DNA of 32,000 bases. Source: Pyrodictium abyssi. GTDB lineage: Archaea > Thermoproteota > Thermoprotei_A > Sulfolobales > Pyrodictiaceae. The notes below the pieces were generated by a model. The model was not told the DNA's origin. It did no database searches and saw nothing but the letters and a program-made list of their open reading frames with translations. Numbering within the stretch: the first letter of the stretch is position 1; each line of letters starts with the position of its first letter. Below, piece by piece: positions 8,635-16,625 of this stretch. The stretch lies in the NCBI RefSeq assembly GCF_036323395.1, contig NZ_AP028907.1, positions 450,001-482,000 on the forward strand, given 5' to 3'. Made by a program: the position numbers and the translations under genes.

Positions 8635-9926
8635 GGCGGGCAGCGTAGCCGGTTCCTGGGCGGCGAGTCGCGCTCGGGCCGCGTGGTGACCCTCTTCTCT
8701 ATCTCGCGGCGGAACTGCTCCACTATTTCCTCGAGCACGTGGGCCTGCCCGTTCACAGCAGCGCGGTGGGCGTAGACTATCAGTGGGCGTAGCAGCTTCT
8801 TCACTAGGCTCTGGGCGAAGTCCCCGGTAACTGTCAGCGCGGCGCCGTTCACCCCTACGCCGCGTAGCCTGCTGTGTAGCTCCTGGAGCTCCTCGTCTAT
8901 GACGCGGCTCGCGTACTCCATCATGACGGCTATGGCCTCGTCGGCGGCCCTCCTCATCCACGCCTTCCTGAACAGAGAGAGCTGCTCGGCTATGATCTTC
9001 TCGGCCTTTGGGACCTCCTGGCGGCGGCGCTCCAGGGTCTTCTGTATCACCTTCTCGAGGCCCTGGAGCCCTATGTACCCGAGGTGCCCGGGCACAGGGA
9101 GCTCCACGGCCGACGGGTTCGAGACGTCTACCACCAGGGCGCCGGGCTTCATCCGCTCCAGGAGCTCCCTCGTGAGCAGAGGCTTCTCCACAGTCACGGC
9201 GGTGAAGACCACGTCGGCCTTCTCTAGGAGGGCTGGCAGCTCGTCGAGCCCGTAGGCCTCGCCGCCTAGCTTCCGGGCGAGCTCCTCCGCCCTCTCGAGG
9301 GTCCGGTTGGCTACCAGGAGGCGGGCGGTGCTGCTCTTCTGCCTGACGAGGCTTGCTATTATCGAGCCTGCCTCGCCCGCGCCCACCACCAGGACGACGC
9401 GGTCGTCGTAGCTGCCGAGTATCTTCTCGGCTGCGTGGACAGCGGCGCCCGGGGCACCCACGTTGCCGTAGGATATCATGGTCTTGCTGCGGACCAGCTT
9501 CCCGGTCTTAACGGCGTAGTGGAAGAGGAGGGACATGTACTTGCCCGCGTAGCCCCGGCTCCGGGCGGCCTCGTACGCCTTAGCCACCTGGCCTAGTATC
9601 TCGTTCTCGCCGAGTATAGCCGACTCGAGCCCAGCGGCGACGCGGAAGAGGTGGCGGGCAGCGTCGAGCCCCCGCCGCACATCGGCGTACTTGGAGGCGT
9701 CGCCTAGCAGGCTTTCGGCCTCGACGAGGAGCCGGGGCGACTCGAGCGCGTATATCTCGAAGCGGTTACAGGTGGCGAGAACGACTAGCTCGTCGGTGTA
9801 GGGGTAGAGGCGCTCATAGGCCTGCTCTACGAGGTTCTCTAGCGCCCCCACCACCTTCAGGGGGGCGTTACGGTGGTTGACCGTTATGAGTACGAGTTCG
9901 TCGAGAGACCTCGCCACGGGTACCAC
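8631..9926 (-). CDS. hemA: Glutamyl-tRNA reductase
   Basis: Catalytic motif LATCNRFEIY. NADPH Rossmann motif VVGAGEAGS. Length is 431 aa. Its end overlaps the TusA-like gene convergently by 4 nt. Confidence 0.9.
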   Translation of the reverse strand: MVPVARSLDELVLITVNHRNAPLKVVGALENLVEQAYERLYPYTDELVVLATCNRFEIYALESPRLLVEAESLLGDASKYADVRRGLDAARHLFRVAAGLESAILGENEILGQVAKAYEAARSRGYAGKYMSLLFHYAVKTGKLVRSKTMISYGNVGAPGAAVHAAEKILGSYDDRVVLVVGAGEAGSIIASLVRQKSSTARLLVANRTLERAEELARKLGGEAYGLDELPALLEKADVVFTAVTVEKPLLTRELLERMKPGALVVDVSNPSAVELPVPGHLGYIGLQGLEKVIQKTLERRRQEVPKAEKIIAEQLSLFRKAWMRRAADEAIAVMMEYASRVIDEELQELHSRLRGVGVNGAALTVTGDFAQSLVKKLLRPLIVYAHRAAVNGQAHVLEEIVEQFRREIEKRVTTRPERDSPPRNRLRCPP

Positions 9927-10132
9927 CAGCGGCGCGCTCCTGGCGGCCTGCTACAGCGGTGCTGGGTACACCATGAGCGTGTTCCGGGTGTAAATTAGTA
10001 ACAGCCCATCCCAATTAAATAGGTTAAACCGGCACGGGCCCGCCGGCCTAACGGCCGCGGCCCATGTACAGTATTACACGATTCCACAGTATTCCGTACA
10101 ACCTATTCATCCCACATCGAAGATACTATATG

Positions 10133-10139
10133 CATAAAT
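10133..10139 (+). promoter_or_regulatory. TATA-like box (cataaat) for the HTH_10 regulator gene
   Basis: AT-rich element about 45 nt upstream of the ATG at 10183. A GGAGG SD lies at about 10166-10170. Confidence 0.35.
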
Positions 10140-10182
10140 GTTTGCCCCGAAAACTCTCGGGCTCCGGAGGACCGGATAGTAC

Positions 10183-10977
10183 ATGCCCGGCGACCCTTTG
10201 ATAGTATTCGCTATCCGCTACAGCCGCGAGGACGACAAGTGCCTAGCCCAGCAGCTCATACGGAAGGCCGAGCAGCTCTGCAGCACCGGCAGCATAGTCG
10301 GCTGCAAGCTGGGCGAGGGTGGCCGCGAGCTCCTACGCCCAGTCATAGCGGCAAAGCCCCTCTACACAGCCCCCAGCCGCGGGGAGAACACCGAGGTCTG
10401 GCTCCGCGTAAGCGGCGAGCCCGAGGCCCTCCACGCGCTAGAGACGGTTATGAAGAGGGAGAAGGGCGTAAGCTTCCAGGTGGTCAGCGGCAACAAGTAC
10501 AACGCTATAATCCGGCTCATAGTGCCCAGGGAAAGGTGCTGCCGCGAGTGCAGCTGGTGCCCCCTAGTCGCAGCGCCCCCGGGCAGCATGGTGAAGAGCG
10601 TCGTTATAACAGGGAGCTTCTTCCTCGTGGAGCTGATAGTCGCTAAGCCCCAGGCCCTAAGAGCGCTCGAGAATAGCGGCTACACGGTCATCTACAGCAC
10701 CAGGGTAGACGAGGTGGACTACGCGCTCACTGTGAAGCAGGAGCTAGCCCTCGTACTAGCCTTCCTCTACGGGTACTACAGCTACCCCCGCCGGGTAAGC
10801 GTAAAGGAGCTCGCCGCGAGGCTCCGCATATCCAGCTCGGCGCTGGCAGAGCTACTCCGCAAGGCGGAGCTGAAGGTGATCACACGCTACGTCATGGAGG
10901 AGCTACCCCACTATCTCGTACAGCAGGTCATGTCCGCGGCCTCCGTCCTGCGCACCAGAGGCTCGGAGAAGGAGTAG
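10183..10977 (+). CDS. Bat-like HTH_10 family transcriptional regulator
   Basis: The C-terminal LTVKQELALVLAFLYGYYSYPRRVSVKELAARLRISSSALAELLRKAELKV matches the HTH_10 signature (LT.RQ...L..A...GY...PR..S..ELA..LGIS......LR.AE.K). Confidence 0.7.
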   Translation: MPGDPLIVFAIRYSREDDKCLAQQLIRKAEQLCSTGSIVGCKLGEGGRELLRPVIAAKPLYTAPSRGENTEVWLRVSGEPEALHALETVMKREKGVSFQVVSGNKYNAIIRLIVPRERCCRECSWCPLVAAPPGSMVKSVVITGSFFLVELIVAKPQALRALENSGYTVIYSTRVDEVDYALTVKQELALVLAFLYGYYSYPRRVSVKELAARLRISSSALAELLRKAELKVITRYVMEELPHYLVQQVMSAASVLRTRGSEKE

Positions 10978-11026
10978 GAGCAGCGGATGCAGACCGGCCG
11001 CCTCCGAGTCTTCTCTCCGCTGCTCC
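10977..11026. other. Inverted repeat (10-bp stem ggagcagcgg / ccgctgctcc, 30-nt loop) starting at the HTH_10 stop codon
   Basis: Read directly. No oligo-T tract follows, so a terminator role is uncertain. Confidence 0.3.
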
Positions 11027-11231
11027 TGCTAGCTGCTGGTTCTCCCTGGCTGCGTCTTAGCGGCTTCTTGGCCGGTGTGTGTACCAGTGTACTAGCCGGT
11101 ACATCCTGGGGCTTAGCAGCTGCCCGATAGGCGGGCCTAGGGCTATCCGGGTAAACATTGGCTTACCCTGTTACACGGATAGGTGCTTCTTTGGCTCCTC
11201 TGGGAAACCTTTAAGCAGCGGGCTCCTTCTA

Positions 11232-11238
11232 TTATATA
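11232..11238 (+). promoter_or_regulatory. TATA box (ttatata) for the tandem-DUF2795 gene
   Basis: Lies 63 nt upstream of the ATG at 11301. A GGGGGTG SD-like element lies at about 11287-11293. Confidence 0.4.
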
Positions 11239-11300
11239 CCTCCCTCTTACTAGTGTAATCGGGGCGTAGCGGGGACAGGAGCCGCGGGGGTGGGTAGCCC

Positions 11301-11786
11301 ATGCCGAGGAGGGGTATCAACTGGGCGGTGGAGGTCCTCAGGAGGATTAAGGGGCTAGAGTTCCCGGTGACGCGGGACCAGCTCCGCGAGAGGCTCCGGG
11401 ACTTCTACTACTACGGCATACCGGCGACGAGGATACTCGAGGAGGTCGAGAAGGAGAGCTTTGCAAGCCCTGCGGAGCTGCTACGGGAGCTGGCCGAGGC
11501 TATACGGAGGCTAGAGGAGCGCGGCGAGCTGCCCGTAACCGCTAGGAGGGGTATCAACTGGGCTGCTGAGGTGCTGAAGAGGATACGCGGCCTGAGCTTC
11601 CCCGTGACCCGGGAGCAGGTTAAGGAGAGGCTCGCGGGGCTAGCCTGGCACGGTGTCAGCATCGAGAAGATACTCGGCGAGGTCGAGAGGGAGAGCTTTG
11701 CTAGCCCCGCCGAGCTGCTGAGGGAGATAGCGGAGGCGATAAGGAGGCTAGAGGAGAGGGGCGAGCTACAGGCGGCCCACCAGTAG
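11301..11786 (+). CDS. Protein made of two tandem DUF2795-like domains
   Basis: Two 79-aa repeats each carry the pattern L.G..FPV.R.Q...........I.....E...F.SPAELL, as in DUF2795. Confidence 0.7.
   Translation: MPRRGINWAVEVLRRIKGLEFPVTRDQLRERLRDFYYYGIPATRILEEVEKESFASPAELLRELAEAIRRLEERGELPVTARRGINWAAEVLKRIRGLSFPVTREQVKERLAGLAWHGVSIEKILGEVERESFASPAELLREIAEAIRRLEERGELQAAHQ
11307..11780 (+). repeat. Intragenic tandem duplication, 2 x 237 nt
   Basis: Residues 3-81 and 82-160 align without gaps (RRGINWA.EVL.RI.GL.FPVTR.Q..ERL....GV....IL.EVE.ESFASPAELLRE.AEAIRRLEERGEL). Nucleotide identity is clearly lower than amino-acid identity. Confidence 0.85.
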
Positions 11787-11811
11787 CCCCTGGCCCCGCC
11801 CTTCCCGTCTT

Positions 11812-12171
11812 TTACACTTCCTCGTGCTCCTCGGTGGGGCACGTCTTGCCCATTAGGCTTAGTAGCCGGCGGCATATAGTGCACATGTCTATGGACTCGC
11901 TGGCTAGTAGGCGCTGGGCTATCCACTCTACGAGCCCCTGGAAGCCGGGCAGCTTCTCTAGCTCGTCTAGGCCCTGGGGGCGGCGGTGTCCGCGGAGCAC
12001 GTAGTTCAGCATTGGCTGCTGTACGCCGGTTAGCCGGGCGGCTTTTACCTGTGTTAGGCCGTGTCTCCGGACGAGGTGGACGGCGACTGCTATCCTTATG
12101 AGCCGGGAGTACCGGGCGGCGTACTCCTCGCAGAAGGACGGCGTTATCAGGGACTCATGGAGGGTGCGCAA
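11812..12171 (-). CDS. Small HTH (XRE-like) transcriptional regulator with a Cys-containing C-terminus
   Basis: HGLTQVKAARLTGVQQPMLNYVLRG is an HTH signature. The C-terminal CTICRR...KTCP could bind metal. The start is TTG. An AT-rich TATA-like element lies at about 12215-12235. Confidence 0.5.
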   Translation of the reverse strand: MRTLHESLITPSFCEEYAARYSRLIRIAVAVHLVRRHGLTQVKAARLTGVQQPMLNYVLRGHRRPQGLDELEKLPGFQGLVEWIAQRLLASESIDMCTICRRLLSLMGKTCPTEEHEEV

Positions 12172-12270
12172 GTGTTATCCCTCGGGGCCCCTGGGCCCCC
12201 GGGCCTATAGAGTATGGTGTGTATTCGTTTATTCATTTATCTCGATCGATTCTTGCGCCGTGTAGGCGGT

Positions 12271-13521
12271 TTACCCTGTAGCCCTGGCTAGCTTCTCTAG
12301 GGCCTCTGCTAGCCGGTCTATGTCCTCGGGCCCGTTGTAGATGTAGAAGCTAGCCCTCACGGTGCCCCTCTCGAGGCCTAGGCTGCGGTGCAGTGGCTCA
12401 GCGCAGTGGAAGCCAGCGCGCACAGCCACGCCCTCCATGCCCAGGGCCAGGGCTACGGCGTGGGGCGTATGTCCCTCCATGTTGAAGGCTACTATGCCCA
12501 GCCTCTCCGCCGTCTCGGTGCTCACGGGCTGGAAGCCCGGCACCTCCCCTAGCCTCCGGAGCGCGTACCCTAGGAGCGTCTTCTCGTGAGCCTCCACGCG
12601 CTCCATGCCTATCTCAGCTAGGTACTCTACCGCGGCTGCTAGGCCGACGGCCCCGGCTATATGGGGTGTACCGGGCTCGAACCTCCACGGCGACTCGGCG
12701 AGCTCGACGCGTAGCTCGCCCCCTTCGAGCCGCACGCTCTTGACTATGCCGCCGCCCTGGAACGGAGGCTCAAGCTCCTCTAGGCGGTCACCCCTTACCC
12801 AGAGCACTCCTATGCCGGTGGGCCCCAGCATCTTGTGGCCGCTGAAGAACAGCATGTCGGCCCCGAGGCTGTAGACGTCTAGCGGCATGTGGGGCGCGCT
12901 CTGCGCGGCGTCGACCACCACTAGGGCGCCGTGGCGGCGCGCCTCCCGGGCTATCTCCCGGACAGGGTTAACGTAGCCTAGCACGTTGCTAGCATGCGTG
13001 ACTGCCACCACGGCTGTCTCGTCGTCGACCATGCTGAGTAATACGTCAAGGTCTAGCCTCCCGTCCCGGGGGCGCACAGGGGCTAGCTCTAGCCGGGCCC
13101 CCGCGAGCCGGGCCACGGTCCTCCAGGGCAGCAGGTTACTGTGGTGCTCCATGACCGTCGCTATTATCTTGCTGCCTCTCCTTACCACGCCGCTCAGTAG
13201 CAGCATGTACGCGGCCATGTTGGCCGAGTCGCTGGCGCTCCGCGTGAACACTACCTCGCCGGGGCCACGGGCGCCTATGAAGCCCGCCACCTTCTCGTGG
13301 GCCTCCTCGTAGAGCCGAGTAGCCTCCACGGCCAGCTCGTAGAGCCCGCGGGCCACGTTAGCGTTACTACGCCGGTAGAACGCCTCCACAGCCTCTATGA
13401 CACGGCGGGGCTTCTGCGTAGTGGCGGCGTTGTCGAGGTAGACTAGGCCCGGCCTCTCCCGGAATATGGGGAAGTCGCTGCGGATACTCTCGTAGTCCAG
13501 TAGGAAGCCTACACCCGGCAC
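12271..13521 (-). CDS. sufS: Class V aminotransferase, cysteine desulfurase (SufS/CsdA-like)
   Basis: Motifs: NANVARG, HASNVLG, PLP-lysine motif FSGHKMLGPTGIGVLW, catalytic-Cys motif RAGFHCAEPL. Confidence 0.85.
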   Translation of the reverse strand: MPGVGFLLDYESIRSDFPIFRERPGLVYLDNAATTQKPRRVIEAVEAFYRRSNANVARGLYELAVEATRLYEEAHEKVAGFIGARGPGEVVFTRSASDSANMAAYMLLLSGVVRRGSKIIATVMEHHSNLLPWRTVARLAGARLELAPVRPRDGRLDLDVLLSMVDDETAVVAVTHASNVLGYVNPVREIAREARRHGALVVVDAAQSAPHMPLDVYSLGADMLFFSGHKMLGPTGIGVLWVRGDRLEELEPPFQGGGIVKSVRLEGGELRVELAESPWRFEPGTPHIAGAVGLAAAVEYLAEIGMERVEAHEKTLLGYALRRLGEVPGFQPVSTETAERLGIVAFNMEGHTPHAVALALGMEGVAVRAGFHCAEPLHRSLGLERGTVRASFYIYNGPEDIDRLAEALEKLARATG

Positions 13522-13568
13522 GGCGCGCGCACCCTAGGCGTGGTAGAGAAACGTCCCGGGGAGGGGGG

Positions 13569-13682
13569 TCACCCGCTGCTCTGGCTCCCGAAGTGCTCGT
13601 TGAGCTGCTCCACGTATTTGAAGCCGTTGTCGGGGAAGACGAGGACGTAGCCGCCCTTCTCCCGACCCCGCTCCCTATTCAC
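13569..13682 (-). pseudogene. Stranded 3' relic (37 codons plus stop) of an O-phosphoserine-sulfhydrylase-like gene
   Basis: The minus-strand translation VNRERGREKGGYVLVFPDNGFKYVEQLNEHFGSQSSG* matches the C-terminus of the intact gene at 26149..27246 (LEDGDYVLVFPDNGFKYVEQLNEHLGGHDTVGG*). The open frame is cut off by an in-frame TAA at 13683-13685, just inside the 3' end of the neighbouring wHTH gene, whose own stop codon (13679-13681) overlaps the relic. Confidence 0.75.
13593..13650. repeat. 58-bp perfect direct repeat, copy 1 (partner 26179-26236)
   Basis: gtgctcgttgagctgctccacgtatttgaagccgttgtcggggaagacgaggacgtag is identical at both positions in the same orientation. The flanks are recognisably homologous but diverged. 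Confidence 0.95.
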
Positions 13683-14095
13683 TTAAGCGCCTTCTCGCGC
13701 AGCCTGGTTACGAGCTTCTCGCCCTTCTCGCTGAACATGACTACGCCGTTCTCCACGCGCACAAGACCTCTCCTCTCCAGCTCCCGCAGCGCCTGGAGCA
13801 CCTTTTCCCTGCTGGCCCTCGTGTACACCTCCAGCTCCTCGAAGGGTAGCGCCTTCTTGCTGCCGAGCACCTCTAGAAGCCTCGCCTCGACAACCCTGCT
13901 GGCACCCCCTATCGGGGCACCGCTGTGGAGCGGCTCCTCGACCCACCCGGAGGCCGATCCCCTGCCCGGCGTCGAAACAGACTCGTCTTCCCGGCGCCGC
14001 CCGCTCTGGCTGGAGAGGAGCACGGCAAGCACAGTCAAGGCTGCTAGTGCGGCGAGGAGCGTGTAGAGCGCCGCTAGCGCGTCCATGGCCGTCAC
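13679..14095 (-). CDS. Membrane-anchored winged-helix (MarR/TrmB-like) protein
   Basis: N-terminal TM segment ALAALYTLLAALAALTVLAVLL, then a linker, then wHTH ARLLEVLGSKKALPFEELEVYTRASREKVLQALRELERRGLV. Its start overlaps the upstream stop (GTGA at 14092-14095), or an ATG at 14086 is used. Confidence 0.65.
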   Translation of the reverse strand: MTAMDALAALYTLLAALAALTVLAVLLSSQSGRRREDESVSTPGRGSASGWVEEPLHSGAPIGGASRVVEARLLEVLGSKKALPFEELEVYTRASREKVLQALRELERRGLVRVENGVVMFSEKGEKLVTRLREKALK

Positions 14096-16422
14096 CGTTT
14101 CCTAACAGCCCTTATGCTCGCCGCCAGCACGGCCAGCGAGACAGCGCCCGCAGTCCCCGCCACTATTGTTTGGCTTATCGGCATTTTACTGGCGCCCTCC
14201 TTCACCAGCAGCTGCAACGGCTCGGACTCGAGCTGCATCGAGGCTGCAACGGCTTTCACGCGGTACCTGCCAGGCTTGCCCGGCGCGGAGAAGACTAGCG
14301 AGGCTCTACCCTCCGCGTCTGTAAGCCCGGAGGCCACGGTGGCCCAGGAGTTGTTGCCCTCTGGGCTCAGCAAGAGGGTTACGGCTACGGGCTGCCTAGG
14401 GGGAGGCTCTATGGCTACTGCAGCGGTGACGCTGGCGCCTGTCGGCACTTCAGTGTTGCTCAGCGACAGTGTGAGCCTATGCTCACGTGCTTGGACGCTG
14501 AGTGTAGCGTTCACTCCTAGCTCCCTGAAGCCCTTAAGGCGCACGGATACCACGTAGTCTCCTGGTCTCTGCGGAGACCTTATCCTAACCCTTGCGGAGC
14601 CGTTTACTATGCTGACCTCCTCTGTCTCTAGGACCTCTCCTTTGGGCGTCAATACTTCCACAACGGCTCTCGCGTCCAGCGGAGGCGTGGTCGCTAGGAC
14701 GTACTCAACCAGCTCTCCGGGCCCAGCCGTGGCTCTTGAGGGCTCTATCCCGAGTACGGGGTTTGCGACGTGCACGGCCGCCTGGGATACAAGCGAGCGG
14801 TCCATGCACGTGACGTTGACCCAGACGTGGTATGCCCCGGGGGCCTCGGGGGCTATGATGCTCAGCCTAGCTATGCCGTTTAGCGTCGCTGCTACGAGCG
14901 AGGTATCCGTCCACTCGGGCCTCGCGGACACCCTGCACCCGTCGAGGCCAGGCTTAACAGCCACTTCCAGCTTCACCGGGCTACCGGGCGCAGCCGGACT
15001 GGGCTCTGCCTTCACGCTCAGCCTCGGCTCCGGCAGCACGGCTATGCTGATTGTGCTGCTTGCGAGCTTGTAGCCGCCGAGGCGTATGACGGCGCGTAGC
15101 AGCGAGGTGCCCCGAGGCAGCGCGCTCGATGGTACGCGGACGACGGCGCTGCCCCCGCACACGGTGGCCTCGGCTACGGTTCTCCAGGTGAGTGTTACCG
15201 GGTCAAACACCTCAACGTCTGCGGGGAGACATACGCCCAGGGAGGGCTCGACCCGTATTCTCACCGGGACCTCGCTCCCGGCGAACACAGCGCTTGGGGC
15301 TGCAGCGGAGACGCTGGCTACGCGCAGCAGCCGGGCAACAGGCTGCACGTGTAGTACCACCTCGTTGCTGGGGAAGCGCCTTTCGCTGCCCAGGGCTCTT
15401 AGAGCCACGACCGCTCTCACTCTATAGCTGGCCTCCTCCCCAGTCATGCCTAGGCGCATGCACCCGGTTACACTCCTCATCTCGGGGTCGTAGCTCGTGA
15501 CATAGAAGGGTGTCCACCCGGGGACAGTGCCGCCGAGGTACTCCATAACTATCTCTGCGCTCACGCCCCTAGGGAGCCCTTGGAGCCCCGGGTGGATCTC
15601 GAAGCACACCCTATCGCCCTCAAAGGCCTCGGTGCCGTTAACTGCTAAGAGGCGGGGACGAGGAGGCTCCACGGTAACCAGGAAGAGGCGTTTCTCACTC
15701 ACAGTCCTCGTCCCCACGCCGTAGGCCTCGGCCACTATCCTCAGCACGTGCACCCCCGGGCTTTCGGGCGCTCGTACATCTATACTCACGTTCTCCGTGG
15801 AGCCCGGCGGGAGGCTGGCCCCGAGCAGTTCCGTGTAGACTACATCGCCGTCGAGGTACACCCGGATCCTCGGCTGTACCGCAGCCACCTCGCCTATATT
15901 GGATACGGATACCCTTACCTCGACGGGCTCGTTGCTGACCGCGAGGAGAGACTGCCCGCTGTCCACAGACGCCGTGATCACTAGTGAGGGGGTGAGGGGA
16001 CCTATAGCGAGAGGAACCTTTACCTCCTTGACGGCCGTCTCCGAGCCGCGGTACACCCTAGCTCTGACAGTGAGGCTGCTGCCTAGCAGCGCTGCTGGTA
16101 TCACAGTTGATGCTTCGCTGCTGGTATCGCCGCGTAGGAAGCCGAGGTGCAGTGACCCCAGCGTGGTGTTGCCGTCGAGCAGCTCAACGCTCATGAAGAT
16201 CGGCGCGTTGGACGTATTGTAGATGAGCGACGCCTTTATCTTAACACCGAGCCCTTGTGGCAACACCTCGGTCTCGATGCTCACGCCGACGACGTATATG
16301 TCGCCGCCTATTCTGAAGTCGAGAGCATAGGAGAGTGGGGAGCTCTCACCAGTAGCCTTGGGGACCAGGAGCATGACGAAGACTGTGGCTGCTAGTGCTG
16401 CTAGAAGCCTAGCTTCCCTCAT
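14092..16422 (-). CDS. Large cell-surface protein with repeated CARDB/Ig-like beta domains and a C-terminal TM anchor
   Basis: 776 aa. Signal peptide MREARLLAALAATVFVMLLVPKATG. CARDB-like segment VEVRVSVSNIGEVAAVQPRIRVYLDGDVVYTELLGASLPPGSTENVSIDV. Several further beta-rich repeats follow. The C-terminal IVAGTAGAVSLAVLAASI is followed by RAVRKR. Confidence 0.75.
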   Translation of the reverse strand: MREARLLAALAATVFVMLLVPKATGESSPLSYALDFRIGGDIYVVGVSIETEVLPQGLGVKIKASLIYNTSNAPIFMSVELLDGNTTLGSLHLGFLRGDTSSEASTVIPAALLGSSLTVRARVYRGSETAVKEVKVPLAIGPLTPSLVITASVDSGQSLLAVSNEPVEVRVSVSNIGEVAAVQPRIRVYLDGDVVYTELLGASLPPGSTENVSIDVRAPESPGVHVLRIVAEAYGVGTRTVSEKRLFLVTVEPPRPRLLAVNGTEAFEGDRVCFEIHPGLQGLPRGVSAEIVMEYLGGTVPGWTPFYVTSYDPEMRSVTGCMRLGMTGEEASYRVRAVVALRALGSERRFPSNEVVLHVQPVARLLRVASVSAAAPSAVFAGSEVPVRIRVEPSLGVCLPADVEVFDPVTLTWRTVAEATVCGGSAVVRVPSSALPRGTSLLRAVIRLGGYKLASSTISIAVLPEPRLSVKAEPSPAAPGSPVKLEVAVKPGLDGCRVSARPEWTDTSLVAATLNGIARLSIIAPEAPGAYHVWVNVTCMDRSLVSQAAVHVANPVLGIEPSRATAGPGELVEYVLATTPPLDARAVVEVLTPKGEVLETEEVSIVNGSARVRIRSPQRPGDYVVSVRLKGFRELGVNATLSVQAREHRLTLSLSNTEVPTGASVTAAVAIEPPPRQPVAVTLLLSPEGNNSWATVASGLTDAEGRASLVFSAPGKPGRYRVKAVAASMQLESEPLQLLVKEGASKMPISQTIVAGTAGAVSLAVLAASIRAVRKR

Positions 16423-16625
16423 AGCTGGCCACGCCCTGGGTCTATGGTTGGGCGTGTGTTGCAGTTAGGTATTGCGAATCGTAGCCATGGCGGCGTTGGA
16501 TACGGGTTATAGTGGTGTTGGGTAGCCGCAGAAGGTGGCGGTAAACCCGCTATAGGAGAAGTGCGCAGCCACGGCTGCCGGGCAGCTACAGCTAGACGGT
16601 ATAGTGGAATCCGCGGTCCTATAGG

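Noticed and set aside
8425-9255. ORFs 8425..8961 (-) and 8899..9255 (+) inside or antisense to hemA
   Set aside because: hemA is strongly supported by catalytic and Rossmann motifs in its own frame. The alternatives are Arg/Ser-rich shadow frames.
10067-10093. Direct 8-mer acagtatt repeated at 18-nt spacing in the hemA / HTH_10 divergent promoter region
   Set aside because: An 8-mer pair in an AT-richer intergenic region can arise by chance, and there is no supporting symmetry or third copy. It was noted but is not strong enough to report as a site.
11411-11926. 171-aa minus-strand ORF opposite the tandem DUF2795 gene
   Set aside because: It is a Ser/Ala-rich antisense frame that mirrors the internal duplication. 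The plus-strand gene has the promoter, the SD and a recognisable domain signature.
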